The notes: generated by a model from the letters alone, not told the origin. 64,000 bases of DNA from Adineta vaga (GCA_021613535.1 CP075494.1:9362001-9426000), one strand, 5' to 3'. Counted from the stretch's first letter, positions 1 through 13,453 are shown. Translations and numbers: made by a program.

Positions 1-169
1 ATTTTCATTTATTGAGAACAATACATTTAACATGACAAAAAAAAGAGAGTAATTGATTGGTACCAAAACGTATTAACATTCAAAATTATTCATTAATAAA
101 ACAAAAAAATAGATATAGGAATAACCAGAAATGATTACTAATAGCAATTACATGCATCGTAATGTGATC

Positions 170-3064
170 TCATTCTTGAGTATGTGAAAGTTTTCGTGGA
201 TCAAATGTAGGTGAATCTGGTGTACATGGTTGACAACTCAGATATCCCGATGTACTTATTGATGGATCATCTGTATCCGATGAATATCCAATTAAATCTG
301 TACCAAAATATCGATCACCAAAATTACCCAAACCAGGACAAATAAAACCTGTTTCAGGATCGAGTTGAGTATCACATGCTGTTGTTACTATTTTCACTTT
401 TGGGAACGCATATGCTACTGTGTGTATTCCTATTATTCAAATTCATAGATATTCAATAATGATCCTATACAAACAAACAGACCTTGTTTTGATACTAATA
501 GTGAAAGTAGTGCGATTTTCTCTTCGGGAACATTGTGATCTAATAATACTCGTATGGCCATTAGTGCTGCCGCACCAGTTGCTAAAATAAAAATCATTTT
601 AGATTAATCAAATTAGGAAAAAACAAATGATTGGAATACCAATCGTAGCATCAAGAATTAATACATAAGCATCAGCAATATCACGAGGTAATCGAAGATA
701 ATGAAGCTAATAATTAGCAAGATGAAATAGGGTTGATGAATATTTTGAAAAAAAAGTGTAATATTTAGGTTTACTTCTGGTTCGCCCGTACGTTGATTTG
801 TTTGAATTAAAATTTTTCCAATTTTTGCATTTTTATAAATTTCACTCAATGCAGGTTCTAAACATTCGCCAGCTCGAACAATCGATACACCACACACCTA
901 GAAATATCTCTTTCATTTTCTTTTCAGTTTTAATTTATATTTACATCGGAATAGACATGTTTTTTTCCTAGATATAGAAGACCTTGTGGTGTTTCAACAG
1001 TAACATTCTAAAGAAGAAGAAAAACAAATTAATGAATAATCTCACAGATATGTTTTTTTAATAAAATTACCTCAAATGGTAACAACGATAGAGCATATTC
1101 AATCAAAATTCGCATCAGACGTTTTGAATAGAAAATAAATTCATCACGATCCGTCTCTTTATTTCTTTATTATGAAAAGAAAACACTTCATTTAAGAATT
1201 AAATCATAGAACTTACCGAATAATCGTATGTAGATATTTTACTTGCGCTGTCTGATCTATTATAAAGAATGTATCAGGCATTGGAGAATCATCAATTAAT
1301 TCAGATTGATGAAAAAGTTGTGTTCGAACTTTTACACCACGCTAAAAGAGAAGTGATGTCGAAATAGAATTATATTAGTGTTAAATAATTCCACCATATA
1401 CTTTATGTAGTTCACGATTCACATGTTGTATAATCAAATCAATAGCGATTTGATTTTCACCACCTAAGAATAGAATTATTCGTTTCTGTAGAAGAAAATT
1501 TAACATACTTACCTCTTGGAACAATTAAATCGGCATGAGTCATCGTTGGTGCAATGTAATGATCATAAGAAGGTTTAACAAAACGTGTATATTGTTGTAT
1601 AACACCTTCAATTTCTCTTCCACGTTCTGCAATATCTCGTTCAAGTCTTCGTGCTAGACGAATATCTGCGTCAGTATCCACAAATATTTTCATGTCCAAA
1701 ATCTATGAATAAAATAAAAAACAAATAAGTAGATCAATTGTTTTTTACAGATTGACTTACATCACGAAGTTCTTTATTGAAGAAAGCTAGAATACCTTCG
1801 AAGATGACTACATTAGCACCATAGAGTTTTTTCTATAAAACAAAAAATACATATTCAAGAAGGTATGTTTTTTAATAAAACTTACTGAATATGATTCACG
1901 AGAATGAGTAGTAAAATTGTACAATGGAATTTCCACCTAAAATGAAACTCATAGAAGATTCGTTGGTTCTGTTCCTATTGATTGCTCTTACTTGTTTGCC
2001 AATTTTAAGATTTTTTAATGTTTCAAGAAGTAAATCAAAATCAAATGCATCAGGATGATCAAAATCATAATTACTAGTTTCTGCTAGTTTTTTTTGTTCT
2101 TCAGTTAAGACCTTTTAATGAATGATTCAATCTCATAAAACACAATATATTGAAATCAAGAAAAGATTTACTTTATAAAATGAATCCATACTTAATAATG
2201 TTACCCAAGGAATATTTAATTTCTCAACAATACTTTGTGCAACGGTTGTTTTTCCACTTGCACTTCCACCACAGATACCAATGACGAATGCTTCTTTTAT
2301 TTCACCTGATGGATCGTACCATGCTGGACGACCTGAATTTATCTTATGTTATATGAATGTTGAAAAAAGTTTATAAACTATCTACCAGCTGTATAAATTG
2401 TATTTCGTCCACGAAATGAAATTCGTTCATCAATTGAACGACTACTTGTTCGAATTCGTCGTCGACGTGCTTTTGTTGGTGAACCTGCTCCATTAATATT
2501 CGATGAACTAAATGTTACTCGACGTTTTGATGCGGTGGGAGATTGAACAGTAGTAGTAGGTGAGATATAACATGATTCACCATCATTGTCTGATTCACTA
2601 AAAATGTCAAAATTATACTCGAATGACTCAAGATGTTGATAAACAATAGGATTGAAGATCGAACCTGAGCTGTGGGACTTCTTTTCCGACAACTCTGTAG
2701 AATTGATGTATTTTATACAGAGAAACTCCGAACAGCTAGATTAATGAGAACCGATATTTTAGGCGAATGTTATTCTATATGATATTCGATTAGTCTATCG
2801 GTTACAGAGCAACAATGATTTGCCTTCTCCGTTTTCTTTTCTTTTTTCTTCGTTGCGTAGCAGATAAATGAAGCTTTTTATGATCAATCGATAAGCATTA
2901 GTAGAGAAAAATGTATCGTAACCAGTAGCTATGGAAATATAAGAACAGTAATTACCCATAATACAAATTATCTTGAAGCATAATTATACAATGTAACAAA
3001 CACAGCAAATACAATTAATAACGTACCTGTTTAACGTAGCTGAATATCGTCGATAGGTACTCAT
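170..3064 (-). CDS. UCKL1: Uridine-cytidine kinase-like 1 (uridine kinase + UPRTase-like domains), multi-exon
   Basis: Spliced translation gives TIYTAGRPAWYD, the P-loop [42 protein letters not shown] and the UPRTase-like part [11 protein letters not shown]...[13 protein letters not shown]. The first exon [12 protein letters not shown] (3027-3064, missed by the ORF track) splices in frame to the acceptor at 2598. All introns I checked are GT-AG. Confidence 0.95.
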
Positions 3065-3283
3065 AAGAGAGATAGAGAGTGAACTATCTACGATTAAAAG
3101 AAATCGAACGAACAGAGTAATGCTCGAATTTTAGTTGAAATAGAAATATATGCGCAGATATTTATTTCTCTTCTTATTTTCGACACATACATAGAAAACA
3201 AAACAATGATGGTATGACAAAAACATGCTGTTTTCTTTGTACGTTTTTTCTTTTGTTTTTATTGTCGTCGACTGATTTGCTGT

Positions 3284-4068
3284 CTAATAGAGACGTTGTG
3301 GTTTACCCATAGTTGATTTAACGTAAAGTGCGCGAACATTTTGCCAATTCTTTTTCAATAATGAAACAAGAAAATTGACTGATAAATTGATATTGGCAGC
3401 TAATTCATCTGTAGTCATACCGACATTACCAACAGCAACAGCTAAACAGATGGTTTTTTTGGCTTGAAATTTAATTGTTGATTTAATTTCTTCGACCTTT
3501 TGTACCAACGAATCACTATGAGTGATAGCTGTTGGAAATTTACCTGCTTTATTCAAACCGGGTCCTTTGAAAGAAGAAAAAACAGAAATCAATTCATTGT
3601 TTTTCTTTCCATTGAAAAATCTTTACCAAGAATACGTGGAATTTGTCGAATAACAACATCCGATGCTAAAAATGCATCATATTGTTGTGATAGTTTTCGA
3701 ACTAATTTTTTATCCTTATTTAATTTCTTCAACTCATCGACGGTCATTGCTGGGATGTTATTAGCACGAGCTTCATCACAATGACTTTCATCACCCAAAA
3801 CACAAACGGTAAATTTTGGTTTAGGAGCATTACGAAGACGAACAGTACCACTAAAACGTTTGTCACGTGATGGATCGAAGTTTTTCAAAACAACTTGTAA
3901 TTCGACTGTTTCAACAAAATTACGTTTCTTGGTATCCTTGGAATAAGTTAAAACATTTTGTGATGTTTCAAGTAACATGTCCTAAAGAGAAAAAAAAATA
4001 TGAAAACGATGAACAACGAGAAGATGAAAAAGTTCTATCAAACATACACGAGTGATTTTTGACGACAT
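3284..4068 (-). CDS. RPL10A: 60S ribosomal protein L10a (uL1), 3 exons (4048-4068, 3627-3981, 3284-3564)
   Basis: MSSKITRDMLLE...[12 protein letters not shown]...[11 protein letters not shown]...[25 protein letters not shown]; canonical introns. Confidence 0.97.
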
Positions 4069-4379
4069 GATGATATATGAATGACAAGAGGACTAGTTTT
4101 ATCTAAAATATATATTCTGAAAAGTAATTTTGAAATTCTTTAATTCGGTTCATATTCATTCCTCATTCATCGATATGTTGAAATAAACAAGAAGCTTATC
4201 AATGGTGATCCATTAAATACCAAAGATGAAATTATGGCAACTGTATTAGATTGACTTAATGAATTCTGGAAATATAATTATCAATTTTAAGACTTCTATT
4301 CTCTAGTAGAAAATACTTTTCCCCATAGATCTTTATAACAGTAAGTTAGGTATGCACTTTGTATATTCGCTAGATTCAA

Positions 4380-4388
4380 CCAATCAGA
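4380..4388 (+). promoter_or_regulatory. CCAAT/NF-Y box in the RPL10A/PHAX divergent intergenic region
   Basis: Exact CCAATCAGA. Confidence 0.4.
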
Positions 4389-4622
4389 TTAAAGGAAACG
4401 AATCGAATGGATTTTCGAGTTCGCCGTAAGTAAGTTTTAGTATAATTTAATTCATCGAATTGATAATGATAAATACAATACAAGCTGAATGACCATAGAT
4501 ATAAATTCTTTTCTGCCGATCGTTCATTGAAACTTATTACACAATTTGAATGCTTCATATTTAGTGAGAATTAAGATTAGATGTTTATTCGATACAAGTA
4601 AGAACTGGTACTTTAGAAATTC

Positions 4623-5116
4623 TTTTATCCAACAAGATATGAACTTTAAACTGTTATAATAAATTGCCTTTATTTATAATTGATAAAGTTGTAGAGAATT
4701 TATACACGTGATCAAATCTTTCAAATTACATTTTTGTTTTAAAACTACAATAATATCAATGCTGCTTGACTGTCTAAATTTCAATTCAAACAGAGTAGGA
4801 AAGAGACAAAAAAAACTACGCTTTCATCAAGGAAAGTTCAACATTAAACTCATAAACGCGGCATAATATTGATTCTGATGGAAAACACTCTTTAACGATC
4901 GAACATACTTTACTTTGTTTACAGCTTCAACATGTATCATACATCTGTTCGATGAAGTGAAAATAATCACGCTAGTGTCTTTTTCATATATGAGTAGGTA
5001 CAGCGATCTATTATACATGCATAAAAAACGCATACTAATGCCATCTATATCAACATATGCCTAGTTTGCAGCAACTATTACGAAAGGAATTCGTCGCATA
5101 TTCTTATTGGATAAAA
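4623..5116. mobile_element. Possible decayed MITE bounded by ~20-bp imperfect inverted repeats
   Basis: ttttatccaacaagatatg (4623-4641) versus catattcttattggataaaa (5097-5116): reverse-complementary with one mismatch and one gap. No clear target-site duplication. Confidence 0.3.
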
Positions 5117-5231
5117 AAAGAAGCTACAGTTTGATGTAAAATTTTCTTGCAATTACACTTACACAATTAATTTATCGATTAAAACTAGAAGTTTTTTTAA
5201 ATTTATTTCTCCAGCAATCTTCGTCTTCTAG

Positions 5232-5933
5232 ATGAATGTTGATAATCATCGTTATTCATTATCTCGAAAGTGTGATGATAATGATGATGAACGAAGTGAA
5301 GGAGAATTAAACTCATCTTCCAGTGATACAGACAATGATGATCATGATGAAATTCATTCACAGACAACTACTCAAATACAACAAACTAGTAAATCATGGA
5401 CAAATATGTTAACTGAACAAAATCTTTCGTCTATTATGTCGAATGCATTAGCTGATAATTCTGAAATTATTCATATTGATGATCCAATCGCTCAACAAAG
5501 TGCTAATCCATTGACATATGTCTTTCCACCAGGAACAAATATTGATGAATATTTTGAACGAAAACAAAATCAAACAGAACCAAAATCGAAACGAAAAGCC
5601 AATCGACGTGATCTGAAAAATCTTTCTCATCTATTAAATAAAGAAAAAAATGAAGATCTTCTACGTGAAATACTCGATATAATCGGTTGTCGACGTGCAT
5701 TTCAATATGCCCATGAAGCAATTCGATTAAACAAAAGTAATGATCCTTCTATAATTAAATCAGATAATGGTCAAACACGAACCTTAGGTGGAATTTATTT
5801 TAAAATGTTTCTTAATGATAATGATAATAATTTAATCACCGAAAGTGAACGTGAAGAAATTAAGAAACGAAATCAAATTATACAAAAAGCCAAAAAGAAG
5901 AAGAAACCTAAGAAAAAGAAAACAAGTCTGTAA
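5232..5933 (+). CDS. PHAX: Phosphorylated adaptor for RNA export (PHAX), intronless
   Basis: Acidic N-terminus (SEGELNSSSSD) and a C-terminal PHAX RNA-binding-domain signature (LNKEKNEDLLREILDIIG...GQTRTLGGIYFKM), followed by a lysine-rich tail. Confidence 0.8.
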   Translation: MNVDNHRYSLSRKCDDNDDERSEGELNSSSSDTDNDDHDEIHSQTTTQIQQTSKSWTNMLTEQNLSSIMSNALADNSEIIHIDDPIAQQSANPLTYVFPPGTNIDEYFERKQNQTEPKSKRKANRRDLKNLSHLLNKEKNEDLLREILDIIGCRRAFQYAHEAIRLNKSNDPSIIKSDNGQTRTLGGIYFKMFLNDNDNNLITESEREEIKKRNQIIQKAKKKKKPKKKKTSL

Positions 5934-6063
5934 TATATGTTTTCTTCGTTTTTTCTTTTCTTATTACGAACGAATATGAAGAATTTGTTTATCGTGAAAT
6001 ATATACATACGAATTCAGTTTTGATAAATAGTATCAACATTCTCTTTCATTTTTAGATTTCTC

Positions 6064-9000
6064 ATGAATTTAGTTAATTATTTTCTTGTTTATTTTCTTT
6101 TACATTTTTATCATTTATCAGCTCGTGAGAATAATTTCAATCCCTATGAAACTCTTGGTGTCTCTCGATCAGCCTCAGATAAAGATATTCGTCAAGCATA
6201 TAAAAAATTAGCTAAACATTGGCATCCAGATAAGAATTCTGAACCCAATGCTAATGATCAATTTACAAAAATCAATGCTGCTTATGAAGTAAAATCTCTC
6301 CTTATGATTCGATTTTAATACGAAACTATTTTCAGATCTTATCTGACCAAAAAAAACGACAAGATTATGATCAATATGGTACTACATCGGAGGGAAATCA
6401 TCATCATCATCAAGGTTTTAATTCACATCATTTTCACGATCCATTTGATATGTTTCGAGCACATTTTTTTCATGAAACATCATCAAATGCAAGAAAAATT
6501 ATTCATGCATAGTAATAACAAATCCTTCTCGGAAATTGATAATTGCACATCCTGTTTTTAGTGAATTCATGAACGATATTCTACCCAATAGTCATAGAAA
6601 ACCTTACGTTATTTTTGGAAGTACAAATTTTTGTTTTCATTGTCGACGACCTGCAGAGATTTTTCGATCAATGGAACAACAATTCAATGATGTCGGTAAG
6701 TTCAATATCATCTTGATTTGCTTTTCGAATTAAAATTCTTCATGTTTCTTTTTTCCCATTAGGTATTGGTACTGCTGAATTTAATATTCATGAACAACGT
6801 TTAAGTAATGAATTAGGAATCTTAAATGTCCCATCTTTATGTGTAATCAGCCAAGGTCGAGTTTATCATTTCGATGATCAAGATTTTTCGGAAACAAATA
6901 TCAAACAATTTGTACGAAATGCAATACCCATACATCGATTTGTTCAAACAGTAATCATATGTTCTCTTTTGATAAGGAATACAAATTTATTTTCTAATCT
7001 ATATAGTTAGAAACTTATGATGATATAACAAAAATGTTAACATCTGGCAAGCAATCAAATCGTGTTCATGCTATTCTAATAACTAAACAAAAAACTCCTT
7101 CATTCAAATTTGTTCTACCATGTTTGCAATATGTAACAAGAATAGAATGTGCTTCATTTAGTTCATGTAAGTTTTATCACAGGAAGAAATATATATATAT
7201 ATATATATATGTTTTTTCCTTGTCGTCCAGCTGTGATAAAAAGTAATTCATTACCATCATATCTGAAAACAATTTCGAAAACGTCTGATACAATTTTATT
7301 ATTCAAAGAAGATATTCATAATCCTGAAATTGTGATTAAAGATGTAAGAATTCGAAATATTTCTATGAATAATTGAGAATTTTGTAAGTCATTTAGAGTG
7401 ATTTTACATCTGATAAAATTCAAAATATTTTTGAATCAAATCAACTTTTACATTTATCAACAATTACAAGTGCTAATGTATTCAATCTGATCTGTCCAGT
7501 AAATTCTGTTAAGTACGTTTAAATAATATTAGTTCATTAACATGATAGTTTCATCGATAATTTGTTATTTATGAAAAAAAAAAGAAAATATGAATGTCGA
7601 TAGATATTAGCTAATCAATACATTCTCGAAAAGTCTTGATTGAATTATCATCGGTGCCTTTTTTTTCAATAATAACATCGAGATAAATCAGTTCGAGCGA
7701 TGTATATTACTAGGAAATAATTAATGTTTTTGTTTAGACAGATGTCTATTCATTTGACTATGTCGTTTAACATGTATACTCTTATTTTTCAAGCTTGTAC
7801 AAAACATCCCCTTCCTCTCTACTAAAATGAAATGCGAATTAAATTCAAGAGATTTGTTTCTTCAGGCCTTGTTTTCTCATTATTGGTGATCGAAATCTAT
7901 TTGTACAACATCATTCAACATTCCTTGAACTTTCTAAACAAGTATTCCATGAATATAAAACTCGTCTAGCATATCTGGATGTTTCATCGACAAAACAAAT
8001 CGAATTTAAAAAACTTCTCACATCTTATTCATTTAATCAAAATCTACATGTAAGTGTTTGTTTTTTGCTTTTTATCTAAGAAATCTATTGATAAACTTTT
8101 CGATAAAGATTCTCGCTGTTCGTCGATGGTCGACTGAAACGATTGAAATTCAAGATACGAATATTGAATTAGATGATAAGTCTTTCAATGTACTTGATGT
8201 TATCACAAAACTAAAACTATTCTTGAATAATCGTTGGTCAAATGCGAAAAAATATACTCTACCGAAATTTATCAATTTCGATCAACAAAATGAAGTAAAA
8301 CAAAACTTCTTTTCTTTTCCTTCAGCTTACAAATGAATTCTTTTCTTATTAGAATATATTTCGACAATTATACGATAACTTTCAAAACCATTGGAATTAT
8401 TGGGTAGAACGAAATGGTCTCGTTCGATATTTGTAAGATGATTAATTATTGAATTGATTTCATTTATTCTTCTTTCTGATTAGATTTAGTTATTTTTATA
8501 CCTATCAATTTTGGATAATCACTATCGTTGTTATACTTTATATTTATTATTTAAAAGACGAACCGAAACCTAATCCAAAAAAATCTCATCAGATCAAGTA
8601 AGATTGAATGTTTTCTAAAATATATTATTAATCTTCAAATAATGCAGGCAAATACAAGTACAGGAATTTAATGAAGACTTACTTCGACATTATAAAAATC
8701 CAGGTGCAGCAAATAGTATTATATTACTTCTTATTGCAGATACGCCCAAAGATTTATGTGTGAAATTTTTTAAAGAAAAAATCAATTTAATTAAAGGGTA
8801 TGTATCGAGAAAATAGCGAAGATAAGAAATCAGTTAATATGTCTTGCGTTATTTATTGATATTCGATCCTTTACTTCTTTTCTTTCATCAAGATGTTTTT
8901 AACTAAATCAGAAAGAAAAAAAAAGAAGAAATCTTCTCCTATTTCTTAGGAAAAAGAAACTTTAATTATGTATTCACTTGAAATAAGTAATCAAAAAAAA

Positions 9001-9330
9001 TCCTCTTGATAATTCTATTTTCTTTTTAGTTCTCATATGGTTTATTCTATTCTTTATCGTCAACAATCAAGTCAATGGCTTAATGAACTTTCGAATAATA
9101 TACAAGATAAACAATCTAGTCAATTTCTCCCATCAACTGTACTGGCATTGTATATTCGACGGAAGTTTTTTGTTTCTTATGGACCATTAGATGATGATTA
9201 TAATAATAGTAATGAAAGATGTCAACAATCATCTTCGAAACTAACATTTTCAGATTGGATTGATTTATTATTTGATGGAACTTTTCGAGAGCCAATTCAT
9301 GTTATTGATTGGCCAATGAAATTTTCTTGA
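6064..9330 (+). CDS. DNAJC16: DnaJ homolog subfamily C member 16 (signal peptide, J-domain, thioredoxin-like CxxC, TM), about 12 exons
   Basis: Signal peptide, then NPYETLGV...KHWHPDKN J-domain, a CFHC thioredoxin-like motif, a TM segment (FWIITIVVILYIYYL) and C-terminal WIDLLFDGT...VIDWP. All exons join in frame through GT-AG introns. Confidence 0.85.
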
Positions 9331-10431
9331 AAGTTTCTCTCTTTCTTTTTCTTGTCTGTTTTGTATTTGTCTTGTACTAATCGCTTTTCTTTTGTGTACT
9401 GTATATGGTCGTTATTACTACGGCTGTTTATCTCTCGTGCTGTGTTGCATCAATTAGGCTCTCTGTATGCGTATGTTCTATATTATTTCTCATTTTCTGT
9501 TCGGTGAAAAGTGATAGTTCACAGCAGTAGGATTCATCTTGTACCGATCAAACTATAGTGATAATAAGCTTTCCTATGGCGCCCTTGGCAGGCGATGACA
9601 TTGAAAGTGAGAACAGACGTGCTTTGGATTTATTTCATTATTTTTTTTTCTTTTTCTTCATCTCTGATTTTTTCATCGACAGATTGAAATTTTTAAGGAT
9701 ACGATTGATTGAATTTCAATTAGAATATATCTGTCGAAAAGAAAAATATAAATATATTCGTTGTTTTCTTCTTTTTCTATTTCAAAAATGTTTTATCATA
9801 GATGGTTTAATAATAATGAATGTGAACATTGAAAAATGAGACGAATGAACAATAGGCAATATACAAATAATAGTCTATTTTAATAGACCCCCTAGGTGGA
9901 TATTCAAGTGTATGTATGTGAGCACCTCATAATAATCGTGTGCTTAAATACGAAATAGAAAGCGTACAACCGATGCATATATGTTGAATCAAAGCCAATT
10001 CTCTCTCTCTCTCATTCTCTCCTTTTCTGTCTATTGAAGCAAGCGCGTTCTTTCCATATGTATATTGACAAATAGCGGCCCGCGGCTACCATTGCTTCTC
10101 GGTGTAAAAAAAACCTAGTGTGTATGCGCGAAAGAGAGAGAGATTTGTCGTTGCATAGCGAATAAAACATTTTTTTCTTTTCTTTCCTTTCCTTCTTTCT
10201 TGCGTTCTTTTCCTTTCTCAATCCATCCACCACACCGCTCAGCTGTTCTGTTTGTGCTCGCACACATACACAAGTAACATCGCCCTTTTCGTCGTCGTCT
10301 TTAGTTGCTTCTTATTTTTCATCCATCTATCCAACTACGCATAACCCTCGAAAAAGAAAACCGACAACGAGTTCTTCATTAGCGGTACTGTGTTCGTTTT
10401 CTTCTCTTTTGTATGTGTAATAAAAACTTCA

Positions 10432-13230
10432 ATGAATTTACGACGATCAATATCAACAAATACTCATATTTCAATAGCAAAGGTTTGTGAAGTCTCATTG
10501 AAAGGATTTTTACTAGCTTTTAACACGAATATAAATTAGAAAAAAGAACTACCGATGGTACTTAATGATGTTCACACTCGTCTGTGAAATTGATATCGGG
10601 GTCAGTGCAACTCAAATTTAACATTAGCATGCGTGCGCACATACACAGAGAAAATCTGCTGCATCTTTTTCTTCTTTTTTTTCTCGCGTTTTCTCTCGTT
10701 CTCTCGTTTCTTTTTTTCTGTCCCTTTCTCTCTCTCTCTCTCTCTTTCTACCACCATTATAATTCACTCCTCCCAACTACAGAAGTAATAGCAGTAACAA
10801 TAATAATTCCCTATATATAGATAGCTGAATCTTAGAAGTTATTGTTTTTATTTTCAATCTATCAATCCAATCTATTTTTATTTAGATGAGTAATCATCAT
10901 CCAACAACTAGAAGTTCAACAAGCATTACCAATGATGTAAATGAAACAATGAAGAAAACTCCATCACCTCGTCGTCAAACGACACGTTCTACATCTAATA
11001 TAACTAAAGATATTTCATCTTCCATTAATTCTAATGAACAATGTATACAAGTTATCAAACCGGTTGCCGTACGTCCACCATCATCAGATTCAACCCAAAG
11101 TTCTTATAATCTAAGATCACGTACTAAATTGAAAAATTCCAATTCAAATAATATTGAAGTAATCCCATCGTTTACAGAGAAACTTTCCTTAGACACACCA
11201 AGTACCCAACAAAAACCGGTGCCGCCATTAACTCGTGCTGCTGCGGCATCGGCCGGTGTTAAAATCGATTCAGTTATATCTGATGAAGCAATTAAAACTA
11301 ATCACAAACCTACGACTATAACAACACGATCGAATACAACACGAAAACGTAAAGCAAGTGAAGATGATCATCGACCTTATTTAGATTTACTTAAAATGAA
11401 ACAGGTAAGCATCTTCAACATTGAAATATGTGTATATATATATATGTAGACTATCGACAGCATTGTGATTCCTATGTAACATTGAGTAAATAGGATTAGA
11501 AGCATACTGATGGAATTTAGGGCTTCATCAAGCAGTACACATATACACTCACTATTTCGTTTTCTTTTCAAGCTGTCCTTTCTTGCATAACATCATCGTC
11601 ATTGTCAACGACAATTGTTTATATTCTACATCTCAAGCTGCCTTCTTTCCTCCTTTATATATATATATATATATATACATTAATATATGTGTGATCGATT
11701 CTATTCATTGAAGCACGCAAAATGTCTCTATCACACATTATTATTAGATTCTCAGTATATGTGTGTGTACGTATGTACGTATTATTCCGTCGTTCTCATC
11801 TGTTGTCGTGTTACTGAAAGGTGCTAATGTACTCTTTATCATTGATTGTGTGAACTTTTTCTTTTTACGTCTTGATAGACGTAAGCATGATAAACACCCA
11901 TCATCAGATCATTTGTCAATAACAAACACACATCAATTGTTTTATTCGAATTTTCTCTTTTGCTAGTAAAGCATTCAAGGCAATTGACAGCTTTCTTTTT
12001 CTTCTCAAACATACGCACACACACACACACACACACATCGATATATATATATATATATAAAGTTAGATTAGTAGTAGTGGTAATAATCATTATTGTCAAG
12101 CACTCTCGATAATGTTACTCGTTGTCGTTCCCATTAGATTCGACAAGGCAAGAAAAAAAACACGAAAGATAACAGATCAAAAATGAATAATGATGAATTG
12201 CAAGCAAGATTGCATCACACACACATATATATATATCTGTATATATATATATAAAATATACTATACTGACATTTCATGTTTCTTTCCTGCTGTCTCATTG
12301 AATTAGTACCCTAGAGGGGTAGAGCAAAAAAAAGAAATGTAACTGATTCGCGTCATTTGTCATATTTTGTTATTTCTTTTTTAGACTCAGTCTACATACA
12401 GTTTTGATGGCAATTCACCAAAGAAGGTATGTCATTTATATATATATATACAAATGATTTGTGAAGAGAACATTAAGACTGTCTGCCAGAACAAGTTAAG
12501 AGAAATGATCATCAAGAAAAAGAAAATTTGTCCTTTTCCCCTGGCAAACAAATAAGCTTAGAAATAAATTGAGTTGTATGAGCGGTCTATTGAACAAAAC
12601 ACAACGAGATGGAGAGAAAGAGAAAAAAAGAACTTTGATTGACAAACGCACCTGTTTACTGTTTTCTTTTCTTACAATTGTAAAGACTTATAAATCGATG
12701 TTAGCAAGTGTTAGATTTCGTTCGTTTAATTACCATGTTATAAATGGATATTGTTTGAGTTTAGAAAAAAATAACTAACTACTAATTAGTATGGTCGATA
12801 AAAAAAAAGAAATCTATAAATAGAAAGTCTCGTAACAACTAGATTTTTGATTATCTTTTATATTCGTATTTGATTTCCGTTGATTTTTCTTCTTCTATAG
12901 ATGACAAGACGTGCTGATCAAGACTGTATTGGAGTCGACGATGAAGATAGTGGGTGTGATTATGATTCGCCCGCTCATTCACCCGTCGATTTTACTGATG
13001 TACCTCCCGGTCATGTTTTTCACTATGAAGAATCAAATATGTCATATGATTCAGGGTTCAGTACAGGTTCTGGTGAAGCAAATCATCAACAACGTTTATC
13101 TCATAGTCAAACATCTTCATCAGGGTGTTACAGTGGCATAGCTACACGAAGTAGTTCAATAAATTGTAACAAATATCCTGCAGCTATCGATCTTGATGTT
13201 AATGCCATTGAAGGAGACCTCGGTTTCTAG
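10432..13230 (+). CDS. Ser/Thr-rich disordered protein, FAM53-like; exons 10432-10482, 10886-11404, 12385-12426, 12901-13230
   Basis: All junctions are phase 0 with GT-AG. Motifs KRKASEDDHRPYLDLLKMKQ and C-terminal DLDVNAIEGD resemble FAM53 family motifs (KRRR..E...RPSLDxxKM.Q and [DE]LD[IL]xxIExN), recalled from memory. The first exon is less certain, since the ATG at 10886 could be the start. Confidence 0.6.
12016..12059. repeat. Compound (CA)n/(AT)n microsatellite in an intron of the FAM53-like gene
   Basis: Directly visible. Similar (TA)n/(CA)n tracts lie near 11656, 13454, 32473, 33421, 35578, 47027 and 57411. Confidence 0.95.
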
Positions 13231-13453
13231 TTTTTCTTTCTCTTTTTCTCTTATATTACGAATACCAATTGTATTACTACATCCGTTTATTCTCTGCTTT
13301 TTTGATGTTGTTATTGTTGTTCACATAATCATCACACTGTGCGTGCCATCTTTCCCATTTTCTTCTTTTTACTGTCAGATGTGTGTTGGTATACATGCTT
13401 GTCATTTTTTTCTTTGTTTTCTCCATGCACACATAACGCTTGTAAACCGAGTC

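Noticed and set aside
2598-2692. ORF-track start MSEKKSHSS for UCKL1
   Set aside because: It begins at TTG with an upstream in-frame stop and lies in intron 1. The ATG exon at 3027-3064 splices in frame.
4144-4290. Reading frame NKKLINGDPLNTKDEIMATVLD*LNEFWKY, vaguely like a decayed mariner transposase C-terminus
   Set aside because: Too short and has no DDE/D motif; it cannot be told from chance without a profile search.
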